From positions 128,001 through 192,000 of the forward strand of contig CAVYXA010000003.1 of the NCBI GenBank assembly GCA_963772365.1: a stretch of 64,000 nucleotides of DNA, read 5' to 3'. This DNA is from an uncultured Verrucomicrobiae bacterium. GTDB lineage: Bacteria; Verrucomicrobiota; Verrucomicrobiia; Chthoniobacterales; UBA10450. How positions within the stretch are numbered: position 1 is the first letter of the stretch; the number at the start of each line of letters is the position of its first letter. Shown here in pieces: positions 19,210 to 29,109 of this stretch. The notes beneath the pieces are model-generated. The model saw only the letters and a program-made list of their open reading frames with translations. It was not told the DNA's origin and searched no databases. The translations under genes were made by a program, and so were the position numbers.

Positions 19210-20121
19210 CTAAATTGATGCCACCAGGACGCTCGATTGAATGAACGAGCACAATCGGTCGCCAGCAGAAACCTCAAAGCGAAACGCCACCGATCTCGAT
19301 ATATCTCGGTCCTTAACGGATTCCTTGGCGAGCGGCGTCCAGAGTGTCGAACGGACTTGGGCGAGCAGCTTCTCACGGGTGTATGGCTTGGGAATAAAGC
19401 CGCGCAGGCCTTGTCCAAGCATTGCGCTGACCTTTTCTTGTTCTGCAAAGCCGCTGCTCAACACTACGTCGATGTTCGGGTTCAAAGCCCGCAATTCATC
19501 GAACACAGCGTCTCCATCAATCACCGGCAAAAAGAAATCCAGAATGACGAGTCCGATCTTCTTGCCCATTCGCTGATAGATTTGCAGTGCCTCAAAACCA
19601 TCTCGCGCCAGAATGACTTTGTATCCTTCGTCAGTGAGCATGTCGGCTGCAAGCTCGGCGATGGCCGCATCGTCTTCGATAATCAGAACGCATTCGCGAA
19701 TACCTTTTGGATTGCGGATTTCGATGCCGCTGGTCTCAGCCGTCGCCACTTGCGTAGCATGCGGCGAGCTGGCGTTAGTGAACGTAAGCTGTGGCTTCTC
19801 AACCGAACCAAAGTTCGCCGCCGCTGGCACGGGGATGGAGACAGCAGGCACTGGAAGGGGAACGACTGTGAATATTGGTTGTGCACCGGGAAATGGGTTC
19901 GTTCTTTCGGTTGTCCTGGCGAGAATCTTTGAGGTAACGCGGTCGAAGAGTGTTTGCGCTGTTTTAGCCGCCAGTTCGACCCGATCGCCTAACAAATCAA
20001 GATAGTGATGCTCGCCCTTGTGCCGCCGGGCCAGATCGGTGTACCGGGCAAGTTGTTGCAGCGATGAGTTGAGATTCGTGGATGTCTTTGCGATCCACTT
20101 CAGATCTTCCTGATCGAGCAT
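19210..20121 (-). CDS. response regulator with N-terminal helical domain
   Basis: C-terminal receiver (IIEDD, ILDFFLP, SSG, PKP); the true stop is probably at 19313 (indel near 19350). Confidence 0.8.
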   Translation of the reverse strand: MLDQEDLKWIAKTSTNLNSSLQQLARYTDLARRHKGEHHYLDLLGDRVELAAKTAQTLFDRVTSKILARTTERTNPFPGAQPIFTVVPLPVPAVSIPVPAAANFGSVEKPQLTFTNASSPHATQVATAETSGIEIRNPKGIRECVLIIEDDAAIAELAADMLTDEGYKVILARDGFEALQIYQRMGKKIGLVILDFFLPVIDGDAVFDELRALNPNIDVVLSSGFAEQEKVSAMLGQGLRGFIPKPYTREKLLAQVRSTLWTPLAKESVKDRDISRSVAFRFEVSAGDRLCSFIQSSVLVASI

Positions 20122-20484
20122 AGGGGGATTCGGTTACAAACTAATCATCGCCTTGGCATGTCCATACGGCCCAAACGAGCATGGCGAAGGAGACCAGGGA
20201 AAGGGAAACAATTCGGGCCATTTCATCCACCGATGAGCACGGCCCGTGCCGTCGATCCTCTGCCACTGGCTATGGAAAGGCTCGTCTCGCTAGACTCTCG
20301 CGGCTCTGCGGGAACGAAAAATAGTTCCCGAACGGAACTTGCCAGTTTGATTAAGAAACCAGTCAATTCGCTACCCACGCCGGGCGAGATGGATTGGCGT
20401 CATCTGCCCGGCAAACCGTGGGATTGGAAGCTTGTCCGCGTTTCGAATGCCAGCCTGGAAATTCCAGGTTGCGGCTAAGTTACA

Positions 20485-21715
20485 TTATCGGTGATATGCG
20501 CTGAGCAGCTCGTGCACACGATCGTGAGGCAAAGCATCGACATGATGATTGTCGCGCCCGGTCATGGAATGATTGTCGACCAACGCGTTCACCACAGCCT
20601 CTTCTGTCGCTTCCACCACCCCGGCAAAAATCGGGTCGAGCAGATCATTCGGAATTGTCTCAACGGAATGCGTGATCTGATCACTGTTCGCGACATTCCG
20701 ATTGGCGGTTGAAAACGCGATGAATAAATCACCGGACCCATTTCCCGAAACTGTTCCCGTCCGGGCGAGCCCAAGCGAAACGCGCCGGGCCAATCGCTTC
20801 AATTGACCGGCAATAAGGGAGCATCAGTGGCCACAACTGCGATGCACGAGCCGTTCTCCTGTTTATAGACTTGGCCGGGAATTTCTTTCCCTACAGGAAC
20901 ACCCGCAATCGTAAGCTGGGCGCGACGGCCGAAATTTGCCTGAAGAAAAACACCCACGGTGTAGGTCCTTGGCGGCGCATCTTTGCAAGTCGGATGTCGA
21001 TCTTGCGAGACGAAGTGCCGTTTCCGCCTTTGAACTCATAACAGATCATTCCCGTGCCGCCGCCCACGCTGCCTTCTTCGACGTTCCGCCATGGGCAGAA
21101 TCGAGCGCATGAAAAACATCTTCCGGTTTCACATGGAACCCATTGATGTCGTTAAGCCATCCATCCCACGTCTCCGCCACCACCGGCAAACTCCACCAAT
21201 ATCCAGTTTTGTCGGCTGCTCCGTGGTTGACGCGCCATGTGATTACTGCGTCCCGAGCAACACCGACGCTGTGCGTATTTGTGATCACAACCGGACCTTC
21301 GAAAAATCCGCTCTCTTCAACCCACGCGTCCCGGTCATTTCTCCATTGCCGTTTAAACTGAAATAGCCCGCATAAACTGGATCATTGAGTGATGTCGGGC
21401 CCGCGTGGAAGGATTGCTGTTACCCCGGTGCGAACCGGGCCTTTACCGACTTCAAGTTTCCCTTCCCCGCTGATCAGGGTGGTGTAGCCGACTTCCACGC
21501 CAGCGACATCGGTGATCGCGTTTAGTTTTCCTGGCGTTCCATCGAATGGAACTCCCAAGTCGCGAGCGCGAACAATAGCCTGCCCTTCGTAGCCTTGGCG
21601 AAGATGGGTCGATCTTACCGGAGGCGATTTCTGCGGCTCGCGCGCAATCGCATCGAGCATAAGCAGGACCATGCAGTAATAGCGAGGAGAAACCCGAAGA
21701 GCGACGCGATTTCAT
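20485..21715 (-). CDS. dmpA: DmpA/P1-family aminopeptidase (several frameshifts)
   Basis: RARDLG...NAITDVAGVEVG...VRTGVTAILP, TNTHSVG, LPVVAETWDGWLNDINGFHV, GNGSGDLFIAFSTAN, ATEEAVVNAL. Confidence 0.8.
21578..21607 (-). repeat. 30-nt micro-element B, copy in dmpA
   Basis: Minus strand gatcgac|ccatcttcgccaaggctacgaagggcaggc|tat, similar to the copies at 30094 and 58677. Confidence 0.65.
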
Positions 21716-21723
21716 TTCCCGAT

Positions 21724-21753
21724 CTATCAACTATCAACTACCCACCATCAACT
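21724..21753. repeat. heptamer tandem repeat (CTATCAA)n
   Basis: ctatcaa ctatcaa ctaccca ccatcaa between dmpA and dnaX. Confidence 0.6.
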
Positions 21754-21773
21754 TTTCCGTTTAGATTCAATCC

Positions 21774-23353
21774 GTGAGCTACGAGGTTTTTGCCCGCAAA
21801 TATCGGCCACAGACTTTCGATGATCTGGTTGGGCAGGCACATGTTTCGCAGACGCTGAAAAATGCCGTCACCCAGAACCGGCTGGCGCATGCGTATCTTT
21901 TTGTTGGACCACGCGGGATCGGGAAAACATCGACAGCGCGCATTCTCGCTAAGGCACTGAATTGCGTGAACGGTCCAACGGCGACGCCATGCGGCGTGTG
22001 CGATAATTGTCGCGAAATCGCCGCCGGAAACTGCCTCGACGTCATCGAGATTGATGGCGCCAGCAATAACAGCGTCGAGGATGTGCGCGAGCTTCGCGAC
22101 AATGTCCGTTACGCGCCGGCGAAAGGTCGTTACAAGATTTATCTTGATCGACGAGGTCCACATGCTTTCGCAGGCGGCGTTTAACGCCCTGCTCAAAACG
22201 CTCGAGGAACCGCCGCCGCACGTGAAATTTATTTTCGCTACGACCGAGCCGCAGAAGGTTTTGCCGACAATTCTCAGCCGTTGTCAGCGGTTCGATCTTC
22301 ATCGCATCCCGGCGAATCTAATTGCGAACCATCTGCAATTCATTGCCGGTAAAGAAAAAGTTTCGCTCGAGCCCGCGGCTGCACACGCCATTGCCCGGGG
22401 CGCCGAAGGCGGTCTGCGCGATGCGGAATCGATGCTCGATCAATTGGTCGCGTTTTGCGGAGAAAAAATCAGAGAGACCGACGTGCTTAGCATTTTCGGA
22501 TTTACTGCCGAACAAACGGTTGTCGATCTTACCGGAAGGATCCTGCGTGCGAAGGCAGCAGACGCGCTCGATTTACTTTACGAACAGATGCGAGTCCGGG
22601 AAGGACATGATGCGGCTGATGTCGGATTTGATTGTTTATCTGCGCGATCTCTTGGTGTACAAGGCAAAACCGGAAGCGCTGAAGGAAGATGTCGATCCTG
22701 AAACGCAAAAGGCTCTGGCGGAACAGGCGGAGTTGATCGCGACCGATCGGTTGCTGGAATTAATCGATCAATTCGCCGCCGCCGAAGGCCGAATGAAATG
22801 GGCGCCGAACAAGAAACTGCATTTCGAAGTTGCGATCATTAAAGCGATCCAAAGCCTGGGACAGGCCACGCTCGATGAAGTAATCGAAAAACTGGGCGAT
22901 CTGCGCGATGGTAGGGCGCGCTTGCCGAGCGCGCCGAAAGCAGAGACGAAGATTGCACGAGTTGCCGAAGCAGACCCCGGATATGGGGCCAAAAAGATCC
23001 CCTCGAATGTCGATCCTGCGGAGCTGTGGAAAGAGGTGAATGAGAAAATTCCGCCGCAAAAGGCATTCTTGCGAAACACTGCCGGTGCGGCTCACGTGCT
23101 CGGAATCGATGGCCGCCATTTGCAGCTTGGCTTCGCGCCCAGCGACAAATCGTTGATGGAAATCATGGGAACGCAGGCGAATCGCGCGGTTATCGAAAAG
23201 CTCGTGCGAGAGGTCACTGGTAAAGAGTTTTCCATCAAGCTCAGCCTTGATGAAAAGCTCACGGAGAAAGCAGTTCCGCGATCGCGGGAACCCAAAGACG
23301 ATCCGCTAATCCAGGAGGCGATCGAGATGTTTGAAGGAAAACTCAGATCCTGA
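21774..23353 (+). CDS. dnaX: DNA polymerase III gamma/tau (two indels)
   Basis: YEVFARKYRPQTF, GPRGIGKT, Zn module C..C..C..C, EIDGASN, DEVHML, ILSRCQ, GGLRDA. Confidence 0.93.
22911..22935 (+). repeat. GTAG-type REP inside the dnaX linker
   Basis: GTAG-GGCGCGCT-TGCCG-AGCGCGCC, perfect 8-bp stem. Confidence 0.55.
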
Positions 23354-23357
23354 CGAT

Positions 23358-23663
23358 ATGAACCTGAACAAGTTAATGAAGCAGGCGCAGAAGATGCAGG
23401 AGCAAATGGCCCAGGCGCAGGCCGAGCTCGCGAAGAAAACCGTCGAGGTCCAGGCCGGCGGCGGCAAAGTCAACGTCGTGGCGAACGGCGCAGGCGAAAT
23501 CATTTCGATCAAGATCGACAAAGCGATTGTCGATCCGAACGATGTCGAGTTTCTTGAAGAAGTGGTGCTGAGCGGCGTCAAAGGCGCTATCGAGCAAGGC
23601 AAGGCGCTGGCTCAATCTGAGATGACCAAGATCACCGGTGGCATGGGAATGCCGGGATTGTAG
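23358..23663 (+). CDS. ybaB: nucleoid-associated protein YbaB/EbfC
   Basis: MNLNKLMKQAQKMQ...AGGGKVNV...DVEFLEEVVL; downstream of dnaX. Confidence 0.92.
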   Translation: MNLNKLMKQAQKMQEQMAQAQAELAKKTVEVQAGGGKVNVVANGAGEIISIKIDKAIVDPNDVEFLEEVVLSGVKGAIEQGKALAQSEMTKITGGMGMPGL

Positions 23664-23720
23664 GGCAACCGCATCGGTTGCCCGGGTAACGCGAAGGCAG
23701 GCGGAGCGCCTGCCCTACAA
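23658..23720. repeat. GTAG REP doublet between convergent genes
   Basis: ttgtagggcaaccgcatcggttgccc ... ggcaggcggagcgcctgccctacaa. Confidence 0.75.
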
Positions 23721-24536
23721 CGCGCCAATTGTTCGTTGGTGTTTTTCATAGACGCACACTTCGCGAATGCCGAGGATCGACATCTTCTCGGCGAGGCGGT
23801 CGTAGTTCTCTCCTAATTGCGCGTGCGAATGAGCATCGGAAGCAGTGGTGAATGGAATGCCCTTTTTCATGGCGAGCCGAATGATTTCGTCGCTCGGATA
23901 AAGCTCATCGACCGGCTTGCGCCAGCCGGCGGTCGAGAGTTCAATCGCGAGATTGCGAGAGCGGATGAGATCGAGCGTTTCATCGACAATCGCCCGGACA
24001 TCACCGCAGGGACGATGACCATGGATCTTGATGAGATCGAGATGAGATAGACAATCGACGAGACCGGTGGAGGCGATCTCGCGGATGCGTCGAAAATAAT
24101 CTTCGTAGACTTCGTTGATATCGCGTCCGACGAATTGCCCCGCGCCCTCGGGGATGGTGTCGAACATCTGCGTCGGATCATCGAGGTAATGAACCGAGTC
24201 CGAGAACAAAATCGAGTTTGTCCCAGTTTTTCTCGACCCAATTTCTGCCGGCGGCTGAAGTTTGCGGATCATTATCGAGCTCAATGCCGGCACGAATTTT
24301 CACATCCGTATTCGTGTCGCGGAGTTTATCGATTTCATCGAAATCGATGCCGGCGTGAAAACGATCGTGATCGGTGAAAGCGATATCGTTAAGCCATGCT
24401 TGCGCGCGCTGTCGATCCAGGGTTGCAACAAAGCGGCGGAATATGGTTGGACCCGATGACCCTGGGGATGAGTGTGATAATCGGAGAAGAGTTTCGTAAT
24501 CGCTTCGTTTGTAGCGGCGGTCAATGAGCGTCGCAA
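23715..24536 (-). CDS. PHP-domain histidinol-phosphatase (HisJ-like), frameshifted; start uncertain
   Basis: DYHTHP, SVHYL, SHLDLIK, IELSTAG, ASDAH. Confidence 0.75.
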
Positions 24537-24585
24537 ACTTTCACGCTGAAAACAGCGGCGGTCACAGACTTTCGGGGCCGCTACA
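24510..24585. repeat. GTAGCGGCGGTC REP doublet
   Basis: tgtagcggcggtcaatgagcgtcgc ... gcggcggtcacagactttcggggccgctaca. Confidence 0.8.
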
Positions 24586-24590
24586 GCGGG

Positions 24591-25188
24591 TCAGGGCGCA
24601 GTGAGAAATTTCTGGTGGACACGAAGCTCTGGATAATTCGGGAAGAAAACTTCGACGGTGAAAACCCGATTCGACGTGAGATCGCGCGTAGCAATCGTCT
24701 CGTTGTATTCCACCTGTTCTCCTGGGTTAATTAACACCGTGCCCGAGCGTCTTGTTAATGGCATGATTCTCCGACCAGCGAGTCAGGATGCTTGTCAATC
24801 GGATTCAAGAGATAAATCTCGATTCGTTGATCCGTTGGAAAATCGAGCACCACAGCGCGCTTTCCCTGATTGCCCAGAGTCAATTTGATCTCAAGCTGGC
24901 GCACTTCCGAGAGCTTGACATTTCCGGCGAGATATGCAGATCAAGCACCAGACCGCGCAACTTGGGATTCTGGTATGTCGGAGCGCTCCGTTTGGACGAG
25001 CTAAAAGGGTGCAGGATGCGGCTAAACCAGCTTCTTTTCTGCGGTTTTGGTTGCGGGGGCCGTTTCGGTTGGGCGCGGGCTCCGGAGTGGATTGGGCCTG
25101 AGGCGAAGGCGTAGGCACAAATTCCTGGGCCGGTAAATCGGTCCGCCAGAAAAGAGAGCGCGAGAAGCAATGGAAAATTGCGTTTCAT
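24591..25188 (-). CDS. secreted hypothetical protein, possible BsuPI-like domain (frameshifted)
   Basis: Signal peptide; joined frames give ...VVLDFPTDQRIEIYL...INPGEQVEYNETI...FPNYPELRVHQKFLTAP*. Confidence 0.45.
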
Positions 25189-25261
25189 GAAGCGAAGTTG
25201 AAACAGCCCCGAAATCTTTCTGGGTTGCAGAAGTCACTGTCAAACCCTTTATCAATCGCCC

Positions 25262-25745
25262 ATGAGGTTGCTCTGGGCGATTGCTTTCTTTCTGGTGCTC
25301 TCCTCTCCGTCCCGGTCGCGAAAGATCGACATTGCATGTTGCGGCTGCATATGGAGGCGAATCCCCACGATACATCGGAATTTTTGCCACCTCCGTCCGG
25401 GCGAAGGTTTCCGGGCGCGATGTTGCCATTGAGCGGCTGGCGCGAATTTCGGAATGGGACGTTTCCGCATTTTACCCTTATCAAGCGAGCGATGGCAGCT
25501 ATGGCGCGTTGCTTCAACTCGACGAGCATGGGCGGGTGGCGCTCGAGGCACTCAGTATCGAGCGGCGTGGCAGTTTGCTTTTTGTTTTCGTCAATGGGCG
25601 GCCGATCACCGAGTTTGAGATCGATAAGCGCGTTTCCGATGGCCAGATTTATATTCCCTCGGGACTGACGGCTTCCGATATCCAGTTGATGAAAAAAGAT
25701 TGGCGATTGATGCGGAAGAAGAGCGGAGACGTGGACGCTAGTTAG
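25262..25745 (+). CDS. secreted hypothetical protein (SecDF head-like)
   Basis: ORF 25281-25745 with GALLQLDEHGRVALEALS...LFVFVNGR; N-terminus probably frameshifted from ATG 25262. Confidence 0.5.
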
Positions 25746-26785
25746 TGATGCGTTCCTTTGCCGGCGCTGTCGTGCTCCTCGTCTTCGCGACACTTGCCGC
25801 GCTCGGACAGGATCACGACCGGCTCAATCTCGTGTTGCCTACCGATAATGGCGCTCTCTTCTCCGGAGACGGACCGGCGTTCTATCAATACATCGAGCGC
25901 GATTACAAAGGAGAAATGTCGAATCCGTGGGAGGGCGGCCAATACGGATTTGTGCGCGATCCGATCGAGACATCCGCGGGAATGGTTTATCGGCGTTTCC
26001 ATGAAGGGATCGATATTCGTTGCATCCACCGTGACGCTCATGGCGAACCCCTCGATGAGGTCCGCGCGATTGCGGATGGCAGGGTCGTCCACACGAACCC
26101 GGTGGTGGGTCATTCCAATTACGGGAAATATGTCGTGATAGAGCATCGCTGGAACGGCTGTAGTTATTACAGCCTTTACGCGCATCTGAGCGCGATCAGC
26201 GTGCAGCCCGGTGAGGAGGTGCAGGGCGGCGAACAAATCGCGGCGATGGGTCACACCGGACAAGGATTAAATCAGGCCCGGGCGCACGTTCATCTCGAGC
26301 TGAACCTGATGCTGAGCCGCCATTTTCAAGATTGGTATGATGCGTTTTTCAAAAACGACCCGAACTACAATGGCATTTACAACGGCTTCAATCTCGCGGG
26401 TCTCGATATTGCGCGCCTCTATCTTGCTCTCCGCGAAAATCCAGCGCTCACTATTCCCGAATTTCTCGCTTCCGAAGAAGTTTTTTACAAAGTGACCTTT
26501 CCACGATCGGCCAGTTTTGATTTGCCGAAAATGTATCCGTGGATGCTTGCAAGCCGTGCGGGACCTGAAACGGCATCCTGGGAGGTTTCATTCGCACGCT
26601 CCGGCTTGCCTCTTAAAATTGAGTCGAGTCAGAAATCGGTGACCGAGCCGGAGCTAACCTATATCGAAGAGAACGCGATCAATTATTCCTATCTCACCGA
26701 ACGTCGCATTAGCGGCCACGGGAAAAATGCGCATCTAACCGAATCGGGAAAACGCTTGATGCGGCTGCTGATTTATCCGGATTGA
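25745..26785 (+). CDS. M23 family metallopeptidase
   Basis: FHEGIDI, YGKYVVIEH, YAHL, MGHTG, HVHLE. Confidence 0.88.
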   Translation: MMRSFAGAVVLLVFATLAALGQDHDRLNLVLPTDNGALFSGDGPAFYQYIERDYKGEMSNPWEGGQYGFVRDPIETSAGMVYRRFHEGIDIRCIHRDAHGEPLDEVRAIADGRVVHTNPVVGHSNYGKYVVIEHRWNGCSYYSLYAHLSAISVQPGEEVQGGEQIAAMGHTGQGLNQARAHVHLELNLMLSRHFQDWYDAFFKNDPNYNGIYNGFNLAGLDIARLYLALRENPALTIPEFLASEEVFYKVTFPRSASFDLPKMYPWMLASRAGPETASWEVSFARSGLPLKIESSQKSVTEPELTYIEENAINYSYLTERRISGHGKNAHLTESGKRLMRLLIYPD

Positions 26786-26792
26786 CTCGGAT

Positions 26793-27271
26793 TCAGCACG
26801 AAGTCGGGACCCGTTGGGCCAGGGCAACGGCATGAGGAATCGCGCCCAACACGAAGCCGAGGCATTCGACTGCGCCGCTCGGTTTGCCCGGCAGCGCGAT
26901 GACCAGGGAAAGATCGACAATGGCCGCCAGACTGCGCGACAGAATCGCGTTCGGCGTGATTTTCATCGATTCGGCCCGCATCACTTCGCCGAATCCCGGA
27001 ATTTCCACGCGCATGATGGCGCGGATCGCTTCCGGCGTGACATCGCGCTCGGCCACGCCGGTACCGCCGGTGGTCAAAATCAAGCCGCAACCTTGCTAGA
27101 AAACGAGCGGACCGTTTCCTGGATGCGCGCGCATCGTCGGGAACAATCGCCTCGGCCAGGACTTGCCAGCCATATTTTGAGCAAACTCTTTCACGCCGGC
27201 CCGCCAAGATCGACATATTGCCCGAGCTGGCGCGATCTGAAATCGTAATGATGCCAACGCTGAATTTGCAT
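26793..27271 (-). CDS. mog: MogA/MoaB molybdopterin adenylyltransferase (frameshifted)
   Basis: VGIITISDRAS, IVPDD, TTGGTGVAERDVTPEA, PGFGE, LPGKP. Confidence 0.82.
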
Positions 27272-27278
27272 TCCAATT

Positions 27279-27349
27279 CTGTAGCGGCGGTCTATGAGCG
27301 TCGCATTATTTTTTTCGGATCGAGCGACGGTCATAGACCGCCGCTACAG
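27279..27349. repeat. GTAGCGGCGGTC REP doublet
   Basis: ctgtagcggcggtctatgagcgtcgc ... gcgacggtcatagaccgccgctacag. Confidence 0.85.
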
Positions 27350-27796
27350 ATGCTGCTTCATTTTCTGAATCAGTCGCACATCTGAAATCCGCATCTCCTC
27401 ATCAACGGCCTTGCACATGTCGTAGATCGTAAGTAGCGCGACGGCACGCCAGTGAGCGCTTCCATTTCCACACCGGTCTGGGCGATGGTTTTGGCCGTGC
27501 ATTTCGCTTCCGCACCGTCTCGCGACCTCACGATGTCGATCTTGACTTCACTCAACGGCAATGTGTGGCAAAGCGGAATCAGATGCGCGGTTTGCTTCGC
27601 CGCCTGAATGCCGGCAATTCGGGCAGTCGCGAAGACATTACCTTTGGCGATTTGATCGGTCGAGATCAAGTCAGATCGTCTCGCGCTGAAGCTTGATCTT
27701 TCCGGCGGCGACTGCTCTTCGCGCGCTGATCGGCTTGGCCGAAACATCAACCATCTGCGCGCGACCATCGACCGCGATGTGAGTGAGGCGTTTCAT
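27344..27796 (-). CDS. moaC: cyclic pyranopterin monophosphate synthase MoaC (frameshifted)
   Basis: LTH...[47 protein letters not shown]. Confidence 0.88.
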
Positions 27797-27814
27797 TTCC
27801 ACTATCTTGCGTTC

Positions 27815-27937
27815 TCATTCCTGCATGACGGGAGAAGAATCTCCAGTCATTTTCTCCGACACGTCAAAACCAATAGTTTGAGATGTTTCGCTTCGCTCAA
27901 TTCGCCACAGGACGAATCCGCCGCGGCGGACATGACA
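27815..27937. repeat. second copy of the 6379-type inverted repeat, carrying 30-nt micro-element A at 27901-27930
   Basis: agatgtttcgcttcgctcaa[ttcgccacaggacgaatccgccgcggcgga]catgaca. Confidence 0.75.
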
Positions 27938-27966
27938 AGGGCGGAAATTCCGCTACCACATGTCGC

Positions 27967-29024
27967 TCAGCCGCCGATGGCGACCATTTTGCGACCGGGC
28001 TGGTAGTTATCGCGAAAGTCGTGCTGCTTGAGGCTTTCGATCGACTACATCGCGAAAAAACTGCCGCAGTTCTTCGTCGGTCGCCCCGGCGCGCAGTGGC
28101 TCCATGATATCGAACTCGAGATAGCTTCCGAGACATGGGCGTAGCTTTCCGTCGCAGGTCAATCGCAGCTTGTTGCAGCTTTCGCAGAAGTGCAGATTGG
28201 TCATGGCGCCGATGAAACCGATCCGCTGCGTCCGCCCGGGGATCTGATAATACGTGGCCGGTCCGTTGGTTCGGAACGACGGCTCGGGAATCAACTGGCC
28301 AAAGATGCGACTCGATTGCGCGTCTGGCATGCAGGATCGACAGGAAATTCTCGTCGCTTAAAACTTCGGTGGTGCTCACCGGCATCAATTCAATGAAACG
28401 CAGAATCAAATTGCGGCAGGCGGCGAATTCGACCAGCGGAATCAATTGATCTTCGTTACGGCTGCGCATGAGAACGCAGTTCAATTTGATCTGATCAAAT
28501 CCAGCGGCGATCGCCGCCTTGATTCCGTCGAGAACTTGTGAATGAAAATCGCGGCCCGTGATCTGCGGCGTAAAGATGTCGATCCAAAGTATCGAGCGAG
28601 ATGTTGACCGATCGCACGCCAGCATTGCGAAGCGCCATTGCCATGGTTGTAGCCGTGGGCGCTGAACACGGCTCACTTCGATCAGCCCAAGAGTTACCGG
28701 GGTCGCCCCCGGCTAAGCTCGCGCGAGCAACGTTCCGTTCGTCGAGATACCAATGTCGCGAAGGCCGGAAATCTGAGGGAGCTCGCGAACCAGATTGAGA
28801 ACGCCGCGCCGGGTGAGGGGCTCGCCCCCGGTGATCCGCACCTTGGAAACGCCCAGCTCAACGGCGATGCGAATGAGGCGTAACGTTTCTTCGTAGGTCA
28901 AAATGTCCTCTCGCGGAAGCCATTCCTGTAACTCCTGCGGCATGCAATAAGTGCAGCGCTCATTGCAGCGGTCGGTAATCGAAACCCGCAAATAAGAAAT
29001 GCGATGGCCGTAGCGATCCTGCAT
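27967..29024 (-). CDS. moaA: GTP 3',8-cyclase MoaA (frameshifted)
   Basis: YLRVSITDRCNERCTYCM, ITGGEP, RFIELMP, FCESCNKLRLT.DGKLRPCL, C-terminal MVAIGG. Confidence 0.92.
28648..28716. repeat. GTAGCCG REP doublet inside moaA
   Basis: tgtagccgtgggcgctgaacacggc ... ccggggtcgcccccggctaa. Confidence 0.65.
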
Positions 29025-29109
29025 CCGAGCGCAACGTTACGAACGATAAAGGGTTGAATCAAGGAGGCGGAATGGTTGATTCCAATAAGGAGGTTGTATG
29101 ATTTTCAAA

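Noticed and set aside
22140..22600. Programmed frameshifting in dnaX (gamma/tau)
   Set aside because: The shifts fall inside the conserved ATPase/collar region, with no slippery A-run at those sites.
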